64,000 nt of DNA from an uncultured Candidatus Rokubacteria bacterium (GTDB taxonomy: Bacteria; Methylomirabilota; Methylomirabilia; Rokubacteriales; CSP1-6): assembly GCA_963758635.1 (NCBI GenBank), contig CAVWWD010000003.1, forward strand, positions 288,001 to 352,000, written 5' to 3'. Of this stretch, positions 29,727 to 42,409 are shown one piece after another. Made by a program: the position numbers and the translations under genes. How positions within the stretch are numbered: position 1 is the first letter of the stretch; the number at the start of each line of letters is the position of its first letter. The notes under the pieces were generated by a model. It did not search any database, was not told the DNA's origin, and saw only the letters and a program-made list of their open reading frames with translations.

Positions 29727-29829
29727 GTCGCAGGGGCCGGCGGGCGAAGCCCGGGCGCCCGCACCTGGCAACCTAAGGAGAGGGTCGCAAGGTGCGGGCG
29801 GGCGAAGCCCGGGCGCCCGCACCTGGAAC
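29727..29829 (+). repeat. Family D element, two 46-bp copies, period 57 bp
   Basis: GTCGCA(G/A)GG..CGGGCGAAGCCCGGGCGCCCGCACCTGG(C)AAC at 29727-29772 and 29784-29829. Confidence 0.88.
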
Positions 29830-29830
29830 C

Positions 29831-32800
29831 ATGACTTCGTTCCGACGCCTCTGGCGCGCTGGGGCGCCTTCGACGAGCTGGCCCGCGCCCTCGCCACGGG
29901 AGACGTCTGCGTCGAGGCCCACGGCCTCTGGGGGTCGGCCCGCGCGTTGACGGTGGCCGGCCTCGCCCGCGCCACCCGGCGTCCGACGCTGGTGGTGGCG
30001 GCGGGTCCCGCGCAGGCTCACGCCCTCGCTCTCGACATCGGCTTCTTCCTCGGCACCCTCGGTGCAGCCCCGGCGCCGCGCGTGCTCGAGTTCCCGCCCG
30101 GTATGGCGTGGCGGGGCGGCCGCCGGTCCGAGCACGACGCCGAGCGCGCGCTCGTCTGCCACCGCCTGCTCGCCGGCGACCCCGCCGTGGTCGTGGCCAC
30201 GGCCGGAGCGCTCTCCGCGGGGGTGCTCGCGCCCGAGACCTTCCGCTCCCGCGCGTTCCGCATCGGCCTCGGTGACACGTTCGAGCGGGACGCCCTCGGC
30301 GCGCGGCTCGAGGCCGCCGGCTACGAGCGCGTGGAGAGCGTCGTGGAGGTGGGGCAATGGAGCGCGCGGGGCGGGATCGTCGACGTCTTCTCGCCCGCGC
30401 GCGACCGTCCCGTCCGCGCGGAGTTCTTCGGCGACGAGGTGGAGTCGCTCCGGCCGTTCGATCCGACGACCCAGCGCTCGGTGGACGAGACCGACGAGAT
30501 CGACATCGTGCCCATCGGCGGCCCCGACGACACGGGAACCCTCGTCGGCTACCTGCCCTCCGCGACGCTCGTCGTGCTCGACGATCCCGCCGAGCTCGAG
30601 GCGCCCCACGAGGACGCGCCGGCCGGCGAGCCGCTCGCCCAGCTCCTGGGCGCGTTCCAGCGGCTCGAGCTGCCGCTCCTGCCCGGCGGGCCGGCGCGGA
30701 CGCGGGTCGCCATGGGCGCCCGGTCCGTCGGCGGGTTCAGCGGCCAGTTCAAGACGCTCGCCGCCGAGGTGCAGAACTGGCGGCTCGAGGGGTTCACGGT
30801 GCGTCTCGTCGTCAACGACGACGCCCAGGCCGGGCGCGTCGGCCGCATCCTGTCCGAGCACGGGCTCGAGGCCTGGCCGGATGCCCAGGCTCTGGAGCGC
30901 GGAGGGGCTCGGCGTGCTCGTCGGCGACTGCGCCACGGGGTTCCAGCTCCCCGCGCTCGGCCTGGTCGTGCTCGCCGAGCAGGAGGTGTTCGGCGCGCGC
31001 CGCCGGCGGCTGCGCCGGCCTGTCTTCGCGCGGGGCGCGGCCATCGCCTCCTATACCGACCTTTCCCCGAGCGACCTCGTGGTGCACGAGTCGCACGGCG
31101 TGGGGCGCTACCACGGCCTGGCCACCCTGGACGTCGAGGGCCGGGCCGCCGACTTCCTGTTGCTGGAGTACGGCGAGGGCGGGCGGCTGTACCTGCCCGT
31201 CGATCGGCTCGACCTGATCTCCAAGTACATGGGGGCGCCCGAGGGCGCGGCCCGCCTCGATCGCCTGGGCGGGTGGCGCCTGGCAGCGGGTCAAGGAGTC
31301 GGTGCGGGCCGCCCTCCGGCAGATGGCCGAGGAGCTCCTGCGCCTGTACGCCGAGCGTTCGGTGGCCGAGCGCGTCCGCCTTCGGCGCCGACTCCGCGTG
31401 GCAGCGGGAGTTCGAGGCCGCCTTCCGCTTCGAGGAGACGCCGGACCAGCTCCGCGCGATCGAGGAGGTCAAGGCCGACCTCGAGCGTCCCCGGCCCATG
31501 GACCGGCTCGTGGCCGGCGACGTGGGCTACGGCAAGACCGAGGTCGCGCTCCGCGCCGCGTTCAAGGTCGTGGGCGAGGGGCGGCAGGTCGCGGTGCTCG
31601 TGCCCACCACCGTCCTCGCCCAGCAGCACTGGAACACCTTCACCGAGCGCTTCGCCCCGTTCCCGGCGCGGGTCGAGCTCCTGTCGCGGTTCCGGAGCCC
31701 GCGCGAGATCAAGGCGGTCATCGGCGGGCTCGCGAGCGGCGCGGTGGACGTGGTGGTGGGGACCCACCGGCTTCTGTCGAAGGACGTTGCGTTCAGGGAC
31801 CTGGGCCTGCTCGTGGTGGACGAGGAGCATCGCTTCGGCGTCACCCACAAGGAGCGCATCAAGCAGCTCCGGGCCAGCGTGGACGTGCTCACGCTGACCG
31901 CCACGCCGATCCCGCGCACCCTGCACATGGCGATGTCCGGCGTGCGCGACCTCACCGTGATCGAGACCCCCCCGCTCGACCGCCTCCCCGTCGAGACCGT
32001 GGTGACGCGCTTTTCCCGGACCACGATCAAGGACGCGATCGACCGGGAGCTCGCCCGGGGCGGGCAGGTCTTCTTCGTCCACAACCGCGTCCAGTCGCTG
32101 CCGTCCATGACCGCGTTCATCCAGAAGCTCTGCCCGGACGCGCGCGTGGTCATGGGGCACGGTCAGATGGGCGAGCGGGAGCTCGAGTCGGTGATGGTGA
32201 AGTTCGTGGACGGGCAGGCCGACGTGCTCGTGTCCACCGCCATCGTGGAGTCCGGCCTGGACATCCCCACCTCGAACACCATCGTCATCAACCGCGCCGA
32301 CCGCTTCGGGCTCGCCCAGCTCTACCAGCTCCGCGGGCGGGTGGGGCGCGAGCGGCTGCAGGCCTACGCGTACCTCCTCGTCCCCGCCGACGGGCGCATC
32401 GACGAGACGGCCCAGCGGCGGCTCCGCGTCATCGAGGAGTTGACGGAACTGGGAGCGGGGTTCAAACTCGCGCTGCGCGATCTCGAGATCCGCGGCGCCG
32501 GCAACCTCCTCGGCGCCGAGCAGCACGGGCACATCGCCGCGGTCGGCTTCGACCTCTACACCAAGTTGCTCGAGGAGGCGGTGCGCGAGCTCAAGGGGGA
32601 GCCGGCGGCGCCGGGCATCGATCCGACGGTAACGGTGGAGGCGGAGGCGCTCCTGCCCGAGGACTATATTCCGGAGGTCAACCAGCGCCTGGCCTTCTAC
32701 CGCCGGCTGGGCGACGTGGCGGGTGACGAGGCGATCGAGGAGATCCGCGACGAGATCGCGGACCGCTTCGGTCCACTCCCACCCGCGGTGGACGCCCTCC

Positions 32801-33051
32801 TCGACGTGGTCGGGCTCCGGGTCAGGGCGCGCGCGCTCGGCATCGAGCGCCTGGAGGCCAGGGAGGGGCGGGCCCGGCTGACGTTCGCGCGCGAGACGCC
32901 GGTGACGCCCGAGCGCATCCTCGCCGTCATCCGCGGCAGCGGCGGACGCATCGCGATGCGGAAGGAGTACACCATGGAAGCGACGGTCAGCAGCGGGCCG
33001 TGGGCCACCGTGCGGACCGACCTCCTCGCCTTGCTGGGGAAGCTCGCGTGA
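29831..33051 (+). CDS. mfd: Transcription-repair coupling factor (apparent frameshifts near 29840, 30885, 31270, 31375)
   Basis: RGGIVDVF, LVVHESHGVGRY, FEETPDQ, DRLVAGDVGYGKT, DEEHRFG, TATPIPRTL, QLRGRVGR, RDLEIRGAGNLLG. Confidence 0.96.
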
Positions 33052-34174
33052 CCGCTCGGCGGCTGATCCTCCTCGGCGCCATCCTCGCCCTCGCCGGCTG
33101 CAGCACGCTCAGCTCGATCACCATCCCGTCGGTCGCCGTCCCGTCGTGGGTGCCCTTCCTGGGCGACAGCGGCAAGCCGCAGGCTCGCGCCGCCGCGCCC
33201 ACGCCCGCGGAGCCGCCGAAGAACGCCCCGCTCCTGCCCGGCACCGCCGAGCGCCCGCGCCCCGCCGAGGACGCGGAGGTGATCGATCGCGTGGTGTGCG
33301 TCGTGAACAACGACGCGATCACGCAGTACGAGCTGGACGAGGCGGGAGTCCTTCTACCTGTACGAGCAGAAGCTCGCCGCCCCGCCGGAGGGCGAGGCGC
33401 GGCGCGCGCTGCGCGACCAGCTCCTCGCGCGGATCATCGACGAGCGCCTGCAGCTCCAGCAGGCGGAGCGGGAGCGCATGACGGTGGAGGACGCCGAGGT
33501 CGCCGAGCAGATCGCGCGAGGTCATGAAGAGGGTCGGGGCGAAGACCGAGGCCGAGCTGGAGATCGCCCTCAAGCCCCAGGGCGTGACCGTCGACGGCAT
33601 CAAGCGGCGGATCCGGGAGACGCTGATGGTCCAGAAGGTGGTGCGGCGCAAGGTGGCCCTTCGGATCTCGGTGACCGAGGAGGAGATCGATCGCTACCTC
33701 CGGGACAACCGCGAGAAGCTCGAGACCGGGCTCACCTTCGAGGCCCGCCACATGCTGTTCCTCGCCGAGCCCGGCCGCGGCGAGGACGGCTGGGAAGAGG
33801 CCAAGCGCCGGGCCGAGGAGGTGCACGGCCGGCTGCTCGCGGGCGGAAGCTTCGCCGACCTCGCCCGGCAGCACTCGGAGGACGGGTCGCGCAACGAGGG
33901 CGGGGCGCTGGGCGCGCTCAAGCGCGGCGAGCTCGCGCCGGAGATCGAGGCCGCCATCCTCGCGCTTCCGGTCGGCGACGTGTCCAAGCCGTTCCGGTCC
34001 GAGGTCGGCTACCACCTCTTCAAGCTGGAAAAGCGCGAGTCGCTCGCCGGCGAAGGGCTCGCGCAGGCCCGCAACCAGATCCGCGAGATCCTGTTCCGCG
34101 AGAAGTACCAGGTGCGCCTCAAGGACTGGCTCGCGGAGATCAAGCAGCGGGCGATGATCGACATGCGCCTGTGA
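33048..34174 (+). CDS. SurA/PrsA-like peptidyl-prolyl isomerase lipoprotein (frameshifts near 33345 and 33520)
   Basis: Lipobox LAGC, IDRVVCVVNNDAIT, ARHML, FADLARQHSED, GGALG, GYHLFKL. Confidence 0.85.
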
Positions 34175-34442
34175 TCGAGGCGCTCGCGGCCCGGGAGCTC
34201 GCCCCGTTCGGCGGTGCGCTCCACCCGCGGCCGGAGGGCGTGGCGACGGCCTCCACCGGCAAAAAACAATTGACAGTCCTCCGCGCGCTGTGGGAAAGTG
34301 ACTGTCGTTACGTGGTTTGACCCCTCAGACACACTAGAACCCCCCGGAGATCGCCATTTCGCAGCGTATTCCCAAGCGCAGCTCGCCGAGGCCGTCCCCA
34401 GCAGGTGCTCACACTGCGTCGGAAGGTGGAGGGGGAGGAGGC

Positions 34443-35702
34443 ATGAGGATGAATCTGTCCGACCTGAAGGACAAGACCATCACCGACCTGAACCAGGTCG
34501 CCAAGGATCTCGGCGTCCAGGGTGTCAGCGGTCTTCGCAAGCAGGAGCTGATCTTCAAGATCCTCCAGGGACAGGCCGAGAAGGACGGGCTCATCTTCGC
34601 CGAGGGCGTGCTCGAGGTGCTGCCGGACGGATTCGGCTTCCTGCGGGCGCCCGACTACAACTACCTCCCCGGTCCCGATGACATCTACGTCTCGCCGTCG
34701 CAGATCCGTCGCTTCGACCTCCGTACCGGCGACACCATCTCCGGCCAGGTACGGCCCCCGAAGGACAGTGAGCGCTACTTCGCCCTCCTCAAGGTCGAGG
34801 CGATCAACTTCGAGACGCCCGAGCAGTCGAAGGACAAGACGATCTTCGACAACCTCACCCCGCTCTACCCCATGGAGCGGCTGCGGCTCGAGCACGACAC
34901 CGACAACCTCACCACCCGCGCGATGGACCTCCTGTGCCCGATCGGCAAGGGGCAGCGCGGCCTCATCGTGGCCGCGCCACGCACGGGCAAGACCGTGCTC
35001 CTGCAGAACCTCGCCAACGCCATCGCGAAGAACCACCCGGAGGTGTACCTCATCGTCCTGCTCATCGACGAGCGGCCCGAGGAGGTCACCGACATGCAGC
35101 GCTCGGTGAAGGGCGAGGTCATCTCCTCGACGTTCGACGAGCCGCCCCAGCGCCACGTGCAGGTGGCGGACATGGTGATCGAGAAGGCCAAGCGCCTCGT
35201 CGAGCACAAGCGGGACGTCGTCATCCTGCTCGACTCCATCACCCGGTTCGCGCGCGCCCACAACGCGGTCATCCCGTCCTCGGGAAAGGTGCTGTCGGGC
35301 GGCCTCGACGCCAACGCGCTCCAGCGCCCTCGGCGCTTCTTCGCGGCGGCGCGCAACATCGAGGAAGGCGGCTCGCTCACGATCATGGCCACCGCCCTCA
35401 TCGACACCGGGTCGCGGATGGACGACGTGATCTTCGAGGAGTTCAAGGGCACCGGGAACATGGAGGTGCACCTGGACCGTCGCCTGATGGACAAGCGCAT
35501 CTTCCCCACCATCAACATCGAGCAGACGGGGACGCGGAAGGAAGAGCTGCTGCTGGAGAAGGACGAGCTGCAGAAGGTCTGGCTGCTGCGCAAGGCGCTC
35601 TCGCAGCTCAACCCCGTCGAGGCCATGGAGCTCCTGCTCGACAAGCTCAAGATGACGAAGTCCAACCGGGACTTCCTCAATCAGATGAACCAGCTGAGCT
35701 GA
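34443..35702 (+). CDS. rho: Transcription termination factor Rho
   Basis: [57 protein letters not shown]. Confidence 0.98.
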   Translation: MRMNLSDLKDKTITDLNQVAKDLGVQGVSGLRKQELIFKILQGQAEKDGLIFAEGVLEVLPDGFGFLRAPDYNYLPGPDDIYVSPSQIRRFDLRTGDTISGQVRPPKDSERYFALLKVEAINFETPEQSKDKTIFDNLTPLYPMERLRLEHDTDNLTTRAMDLLCPIGKGQRGLIVAAPRTGKTVLLQNLANAIAKNHPEVYLIVLLIDERPEEVTDMQRSVKGEVISSTFDEPPQRHVQVADMVIEKAKRLVEHKRDVVILLDSITRFARAHNAVIPSSGKVLSGGLDANALQRPRRFFAAARNIEEGGSLTIMATALIDTGSRMDDVIFEEFKGTGNMEVHLDRRLMDKRIFPTINIEQTGTRKEELLLEKDELQKVWLLRKALSQLNPVEAMELLLDKLKMTKSNRDFLNQMNQLS

Positions 35703-35779
35703 GCCCGGAGGGCGCGCGCGAGCGCGCGGTCGAGGTGTCCCGCTGAGCTGAGTTGGTCCGCCCCGCTTCGGTGCGATTC

Positions 35780-35807
35780 TTGCGGCCTCTCCCGCGCGTG
35801 ATATAGT
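35780..35807 (+). promoter_or_regulatory. Putative promoter for rpmE
   Basis: TTGCGG, 16 nt spacer, TATAGT with TGn extension; followed by SD GAGGAGGTG. Confidence 0.5.
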
Positions 35808-35833
35808 AGTGGCTCTTTTTGAGGAGGTGCGCC

Positions 35834-36049
35834 GTGAAGGCTGGCATTCATCCCGAGTACGTCGACACCACGGTCACGTGCAACTGCGGCGAGGTCATTC
35901 AAACCCGCTCGACCCGTCCGGCCATCCGGGTCGAGGTGTGCTCGAAGTGCCATCCGTTCTACACCGGTAAGCAGCGCTTCATGGACACGGAGGGGCGGGT
36001 CGAGCGCTTCCAGCGGAAGTACAACAGGAAGCCCCTCACGGAGGGGTAG
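35834..36049 (+). CDS. rpmE: 50S ribosomal protein L31 (Zn-binding form)
   Basis: [28 protein letters not shown]. Confidence 0.96.
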   Translation: MKAGIHPEYVDTTVTCNCGEVIQTRSTRPAIRVEVCSKCHPFYTGKQRFMDTEGRVERFQRKYNRKPLTEG

Positions 36050-36255
36050 GACCTCGGCGCTCGGCGCCCGAGGCGCCGCGTCGAACGCCCGTGTCGCGCC
36101 TCGCTTCGACTCCGCCGGGCTCGAGCCCCGGTGGGCCCATCCGCTGCCCGAGGAACCCACGCTTCGAGGTCTGGACGATTGAACAGTCGCCGCCCTGCTG
36201 CGCGTGAGCCTGACGGGACGGGTGCCGGCGGCGCGTCGGTCCTCGCCCCGGTTAG

Positions 36256-36348
36256 GTTGTGAAGGAATGCGGCTTTTGTCGTCGGCGAGCGGGCCAACAT
36301 TGCGATTCTGCGTACACGCGGAGCGCCGTCTCGCCATCGATTCACATT
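36256..36348 (+). mobile_element. Family E MITE-like element (93 bp)
   Basis: GTTGTGAAG...GCGGGCCAACA..GCGATTCTGCGTACAC..GCCGTCTC...TTCACA; homologous to 41568, 41671 and 51643 copies. Confidence 0.8.
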
Positions 36349-36367
36349 CTCAGGTGGTGACGCGCTG

Positions 36368-37434
<1,067 letters not shown>

Positions 37435-37438
<4 letters not shown>

Positions 37439-38349
37439 CGACCGCGGCTCCGTCCCGCTCGGCGGGCGCCGCGCTCCGCGACGGCTGGACGCGGCTGGCC
37501 GCGTGCGGCATCCCGACCGCGCGGCAGGACGCGGAATGGCTGCTCGCCGCCGTGCTCGGCGTGGAGCGGTTCGATCTCTACCGGGAGCCTGGACGCGAGG
37601 TGACGGACGCCGCCGCCCATCGCTACCAGGCGCTCCTCGACCGGCGCGCCGCGCACGAGCCGCTGCAGCACCTGCTGGGCTTCGAGGACTTCCGCGGCCT
37701 CCGGCTCCGGGTCGGGCCCGACGTGCTCGTGCCACGGCCGGAGACCGAGGGACTGGTCGAGTGGGCGGTGGAGGCCCTCGGGGATCGGCCGGACGCGGTC
37801 GTCGCCGACGTCGGCACGGGCAGCGGCGCCATCGCGTGCGCGCTGGCCGCGGCCCTTCCCCGGGCGCGGGTGCTCGCGGTGGACTGCTCTCCCCGGGCGC
37901 TCGCGGTGGCGCGGGCCAACGTCGGCGCGCTCGGTCTGGCCGATCGGATCACGCTCCTCGAGGGCGATCTGCTGGCTCCGCTGGCCCCCTGGCGCGGCGG
38001 CGTCGACGCGATCGTGGCGAACCCTCCGTATCTGCCCGCCGGCGTCATCGCGTCGCTCCCGCGCGAGGTCTCGGCCTTCGAGCCTCGGCTGGCGCTCGAC
38101 GGGGGCCCGGACGGCCTGAGGGTGCTGCGCCGGCTGGTGGCGGCCGCGCCCTCCCTGCTCCGGCCCGGCGGCTGGCTCCTCATGGAGATCGGCGAGGACC
38201 AGGCGGGCGCGCTCGCCTCGCTGATGGCCGCGGAGGGGTTCACGGCCATCGCGTCCCGCCAGGATCTCCGCGGCGTCGAGCGCTGCATCGGCGGGCGGCT
38301 GCCCGGGCCCGGCATCCCGGCGCCGTCGCCGCGACGGGTGTGCGGCTGA
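37435..38349 (+). CDS. prmC: Release factor glutamine methyltransferase
   Basis: [41 protein letters not shown]. Confidence 0.95.
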
Positions 38350-39608
38350 TGCCGACGCGTCTCGTCATCGAGGGCGGGGTGCCGCTGCGCGGTGAAGTGC
38401 CGGTGAGCGCGGCCAAGAACGCCGCGCTGCCCGCGCTGGCCGCCGCTCTCCTCACCGCGGAGCCGGTCGTGCTCGAGAACGTGCCCGCGCTCGCCGACGT
38501 GAGGACGATCCGCTCGCTGCTCGAGCGGCTGGGCGCCGAGACCACCGACGAGGCCGACGGCGCGACGCGGATCCGTGTCGCGCAGGTGACGAGCCACGAG
38601 GCGCCCTACGACCTGGTGTCGACCATGCGCGCGTCCGTGCTCGTGCTGGGGCCGCTGCTCGCGCGGACCGGCCGCGCCCGCGTCGCCCTGCCCGGCGGCT
38701 GCGCGATCGGTGTGCGGCCCATCGACCAGCACCTGAAGGGGCTGGCCAAGCTCGGGGCGGAGATCGCGATCGGGAACGGCTACGTGGAGGCGCGGGCGAG
38801 CCGGCTCAAGGGGGCGCGGATCACCGCCGACCTCGTCACCGTCACCGGCACCGAGAACCTGATGATGGCGGCGGCGCTCGCCGAGGGGGAGAGCGTCATC
38901 GAAAACGCCGCCCGTGAGCCCGAGGTGGCGGACCTCGCGCGGCTCCTCGTGGCGATGGGGGCCCGGATCGAGGGCGCGGGCACGGAGCGGATCGAGATCC
39001 AGGGCGTGCCCGAGCTGGCCGGCGCGCGGCATCGGATCATTCCCGACCGGATCGAGGCCGGGACGCTCCTGGTCGCCGGGGCCATCACCGGCGGCGACGT
39101 CACGGTGACCGCCGCCGCGCCCCGTCACATGACGGCGACGCTGGCCAAGCTCGAGGAGTGCGGCGCGGCCATCGAGGTGGTGGGCGACCGCGTGCGGTGC
39201 GCGGCGCGAGGCCGGCCCCGCCCCGCCGACGTGATCACGAGCCCGTTCCCCGGTTTCCCCACCGACATGCAGGCGCAGCTCATGGCGCTTCTGGGGCTGG
39301 CCGACGGCATGTCGCGGATCACCGAGACGATCTTCGAGAACCGGCTCATGCACGTGGCCGAGCTCAACCGCCTCGGGGCGCGCATCGAGGCGGACGGCTC
39401 CGGCGCGATCGTGCGCGGCGTGGAGGCGTACCAGGGCGCGCAGGTGATGGCGACGGATCTGCGCGCCTCGGCGTCGCTGGTGCTCGCCGGCCTCGCCGCG
39501 ACGGGCACCACCGAGGTGTCGCGCGTGTATCACCTCGATCGCGGCTACGAGCGCATGGAGGCGAAGCTCCAGGCGCTGGGCGCGCGCGTCCGGCGGGTGG
39601 CGTCGTGA
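38349..39608 (+). CDS. murA: UDP-N-acetylglucosamine 1-carboxyvinyltransferase
   Basis: [44 protein letters not shown]. Confidence 0.97.
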   Translation: MPTRLVIEGGVPLRGEVPVSAAKNAALPALAAALLTAEPVVLENVPALADVRTIRSLLERLGAETTDEADGATRIRVAQVTSHEAPYDLVSTMRASVLVLGPLLARTGRARVALPGGCAIGVRPIDQHLKGLAKLGAEIAIGNGYVEARASRLKGARITADLVTVTGTENLMMAAALAEGESVIENAAREPEVADLARLLVAMGARIEGAGTERIEIQGVPELAGARHRIIPDRIEAGTLLVAGAITGGDVTVTAAAPRHMTATLAKLEECGAAIEVVGDRVRCAARGRPRPADVITSPFPGFPTDMQAQLMALLGLADGMSRITETIFENRLMHVAELNRLGARIEADGSGAIVRGVEAYQGAQVMATDLRASASLVLAGLAATGTTEVSRVYHLDRGYERMEAKLQALGARVRRVAS

Positions 39609-40279
39609 GCGCGGCGCTGACCCTGGCGCTGCCGAAGGGGCGGCTGCTCGAGCCGGCCCTGGCCCTCCTCGGCCGCCTCGGCGTCACCGGGCTCGACGCC
39701 GACTCGCGCCGGCTCCTCGTCGCCGACCCCGCGCGCGAGCTGCGCTTCATCTTCCTCAAGCCGGCCGACATCCCCACGTACGTCCAGTACGGCGCCGCCG
39801 ACCTCGGCATCGTGGGCAAGGACATCCTCGCCGAGCAGGGGCCCGACGTGTACGAGCCGGTGGACCTGGGCTTCGGGTTCTGCCGCCTCGTCGTGGCCGA
39901 GGCGCGCGAGCTCTGGGAGCGCGACGACCCCTCGCGGTGGTCGTGGGTGCGCGTGGCCACCAAGTACCCCGCGCTCACCGAGGAGTACTTCTCGGCGCGC
40001 GGGATCCAGGTGGAGATGGTCCGGCTCGACGGATCCATCGAGCTGGCACCGCTCGTCGGGCTCGCCGAGCGGATCGTGGATCTCGTCCAGTCCGGCGAGA
40101 CGTTGCGGGCCAACGGCCTCGTGGAGGTGGCGCAGATCATGACCTCCACCGCGCGGCTCATCGTGAACCGCGCGGCGCTGAAGACGGCCCACGCGCGGGT
40201 CAACGGCCTGATCGAGGCGATCCGCCGCGAGGTGGCCGCCGCCCCCGCGGCGACGGCGTCGGGACGGGCCGCGTCGTGA
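39605..40279 (+). CDS. hisG: ATP phosphoribosyltransferase (short form)
   Basis: [47 protein letters not shown]; no C-terminal regulatory domain. Confidence 0.95.
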   Translation: MSAALTLALPKGRLLEPALALLGRLGVTGLDADSRRLLVADPARELRFIFLKPADIPTYVQYGAADLGIVGKDILAEQGPDVYEPVDLGFGFCRLVVAEARELWERDDPSRWSWVRVATKYPALTEEYFSARGIQVEMVRLDGSIELAPLVGLAERIVDLVQSGETLRANGLVEVAQIMTSTARLIVNRAALKTAHARVNGLIEAIRREVAAAPAATASGRAAS

Positions 40280-41574
40280 TCCGCCGGCTCGACACGCGGA
40301 CCGCCGGCGTCGACGGCGTCGTGCGCGCCCTGGAACGGCCGCCCGCCGCGGTCGACCCGGGCATCCAGCAGCAGGTGGCGGAGATCCTGGCCGCGGTGCG
40401 CGAGAAGGGCGACGCCGCGCTCGTCGAGCTGACCGAGCGCTTCGACGGCGTCCGCCTCGAGCCGGCCGGCCTCCCGGTCACCGAAGCCGAGATGGACGCG
40501 GCGGCGCGCCAGGTCGCGCCCGAGACCATGGCGGCCCTGGCGTACGCGGCCGGGCGGATCGAGGCGTTCCATCGCGCGGCGATGCCGCGCTCCTGGTCCA
40601 TGACGGACGCCGCCGGCTCGCGCCTCGGGCAGGACGTGCGGCCGCTCGACCGCGTCGGCATCTACGTGCCGGGCGGCCGCGCCGCCTATCCGTCCACGGT
40701 CCTCATGACCGCCGTGCCCGCGCGCGTGGCGGGGGTCCGGGAGATCGTCCTCGTCTCGCCGCCCGGCCGCGACGGCGCGCTCTCGCCCGTCGTGCTCGCG
40801 GCGGCGCGGCTGGCCGGAGTCACCGAGGCGTACCGCGTGGGCGGCGCCCAGGCCGTGGCCGCGCTCGCCTACGGCACGGCCACCGTGCGCCGCGTCGACA
40901 AGATCGTGGGCCCGGGCAACGTGTACGTCACGCTCGCCAAGGCCCGGGTCTTCGGCGAAGTCGGGATCGACATGCTGGCGGGGCCCAGCGAGGTGCTGGT
41001 GATCGCCGACGAGGGCGCGGACCCGACGCTTGCCGCCGCGGACCTGCTCGCCCAGGCGGAGCACGACCCGATGGCGCGCGCCGTGCTCGTCACGCCATCC
41101 GAGCGCCTGGCCGATCGCGTGGTCGCGGAGACCCAGCGCCAGCTCGGCGACCTGCCGCGCCGGGAGATCGCGGCCGCCGCGCTCGCCGCGAACGGCGCCG
41201 TGGTCCTCGTGGCCGGGCTCGGCGAGGCCGTGGAGCTCGCCAACCGCCTCGCTCCCGAGCACCTGGAGCTGCTCGTGGCCGATCCGGAGGCGCTCCTGCC
41301 GCGCGTGCGGCACGCCGGCGCGGTGTTCCTTGGGGCGGCCACGCCGGAGGTGGTCGGAGACTACGTGGCGGGACCGGACCACGTGCTGCCCACCGCGGGC
41401 ACGGCGCGCTTCTCGTCGGCGCTCAGCACCGAGGACTTCGTCACGCGGCTCAGCGTGATCCGATACTCGGCCGAGGGGCTCGAGGAAGCGTGGCCGCACC
41501 TGGCCGAGCTCGCGAGGGTGGAAGGGCTGGCCGGGCACGCGACGGCCGCTTCGGTCCGCATGAAGAGGTTGTGA
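40276..41574 (+). CDS. hisD: Histidinol dehydrogenase
   Basis: GIYVPGGRAAYPSTVLM, GGAQAVAALAYGT, GPGN, AGPSE, QAEHD, APEHLE. Confidence 0.97.
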   Translation: MIRRLDTRTAGVDGVVRALERPPAAVDPGIQQQVAEILAAVREKGDAALVELTERFDGVRLEPAGLPVTEAEMDAAARQVAPETMAALAYAAGRIEAFHRAAMPRSWSMTDAAGSRLGQDVRPLDRVGIYVPGGRAAYPSTVLMTAVPARVAGVREIVLVSPPGRDGALSPVVLAAARLAGVTEAYRVGGAQAVAALAYGTATVRRVDKIVGPGNVYVTLAKARVFGEVGIDMLAGPSEVLVIADEGADPTLAAADLLAQAEHDPMARAVLVTPSERLADRVVAETQRQLGDLPRREIAAAALAANGAVVLVAGLGEAVELANRLAPEHLELLVADPEALLPRVRHAGAVFLGAATPEVVGDYVAGPDHVLPTAGTARFSSALSTEDFVTRLSVIRYSAEGLEEAWPHLAELARVEGLAGHATAASVRMKRL

Positions 41575-41773
41575 AGGGATGCGGATCTTGACTTCGCCAT
41601 GCGGGGCAACACCGCGAGTCTGCGTACACACGCGGCGCCGTCTCGCCATTCCTTCGGTCCGCATGAAGAGGTTGTGAAGGGATGCGGATCTTGACTTCGC
41701 CATGCGGGGCAACACCGCGAGTCTGCGTACACACGCGGCGCCGTCTCGCCATTCCTTCGGTCCGCATGAAGAG
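41549..41773 (+). repeat. Tandem 103-bp duplication carrying two family E elements
   Basis: TCGGTCCGCATGAAGAGG at 41551, 41654 and 41757; the two full units are identical. Confidence 0.95.
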
Positions 41774-41788
41774 GAGGGGGACAACGCC

Positions 41789-42409
41789 ATGACGGCATCG
41801 CGAGGAGCGTCGGAGCCCGCGACCCCGCGCCAGGCGCGCGTGGAGCGCAACACCAAGGAGACGCGGATCGTCATCGAGCTCTCGCTCGACGGGTCCGGCC
41901 GGGCCGACGTGGACACCGGCATCCCGTTCTTCAACCACATGCTGGAGGCGCTGGCCAAGCACGGCCTCCTGGACCTCGCCATCCACGCCAAGGGCGACCT
42001 CGACGTGGACCTCCACCACACCGTGGAGGACGTGGGGATCTGCCTCGGGCGCGCGGTGAAGGACGCGCTCGGCGACAAGGCCGGCATCGTGCGCTACGGA
42101 AGCTCGTACCTGCCGATGGACGAGGCCCTGCTCCACGCCGCCGTGGACCTGTCCGGACGCCCGTACCTCGTGTTCAACGTGCCGCTCACCCGGACGCGCA
42201 TCGGCAACTTCGACCTGGACCTGCTCAAGGACTTCTTCCGGGCGTTCGCGGTGGCCGCCGAGCTGACGCTGCACGTCAACATGCACTACGGAGAGAACCT
42301 CCACCACATCGCGGAGGCCGCCTTCAAGGCGGTGGCGCGGGCGCTCGCCGAGGCCACGCGGCTCAATCCGCGGATCGCCGGCGTGCTGTCCACCAAGGGA
42401 ACGCTGTGA
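41789..42409 (+). CDS. hisB: Imidazoleglycerol-phosphate dehydratase
   Basis: RNTKET, TGIPFFNHML, DLHHTVED, PMDEAL, NLHHIAEA, STKG. Confidence 0.97.
   Translation: MTASRGASEPATPRQARVERNTKETRIVIELSLDGSGRADVDTGIPFFNHMLEALAKHGLLDLAIHAKGDLDVDLHHTVEDVGICLGRAVKDALGDKAGIVRYGSSYLPMDEALLHAAVDLSGRPYLVFNVPLTRTRIGNFDLDLLKDFFRAFAVAAELTLHVNMHYGENLHHIAEAAFKAVARALAEATRLNPRIAGVLSTKGTL

Noticed and set aside
9355..36260. Integron attC sites suggested by GTTAG motifs next to repeats (9362, 36251)
   Set aside because: No paired RYYYAAC/GTTRRRY boxes with L-box structure, no cassette-like genes and no integrase.
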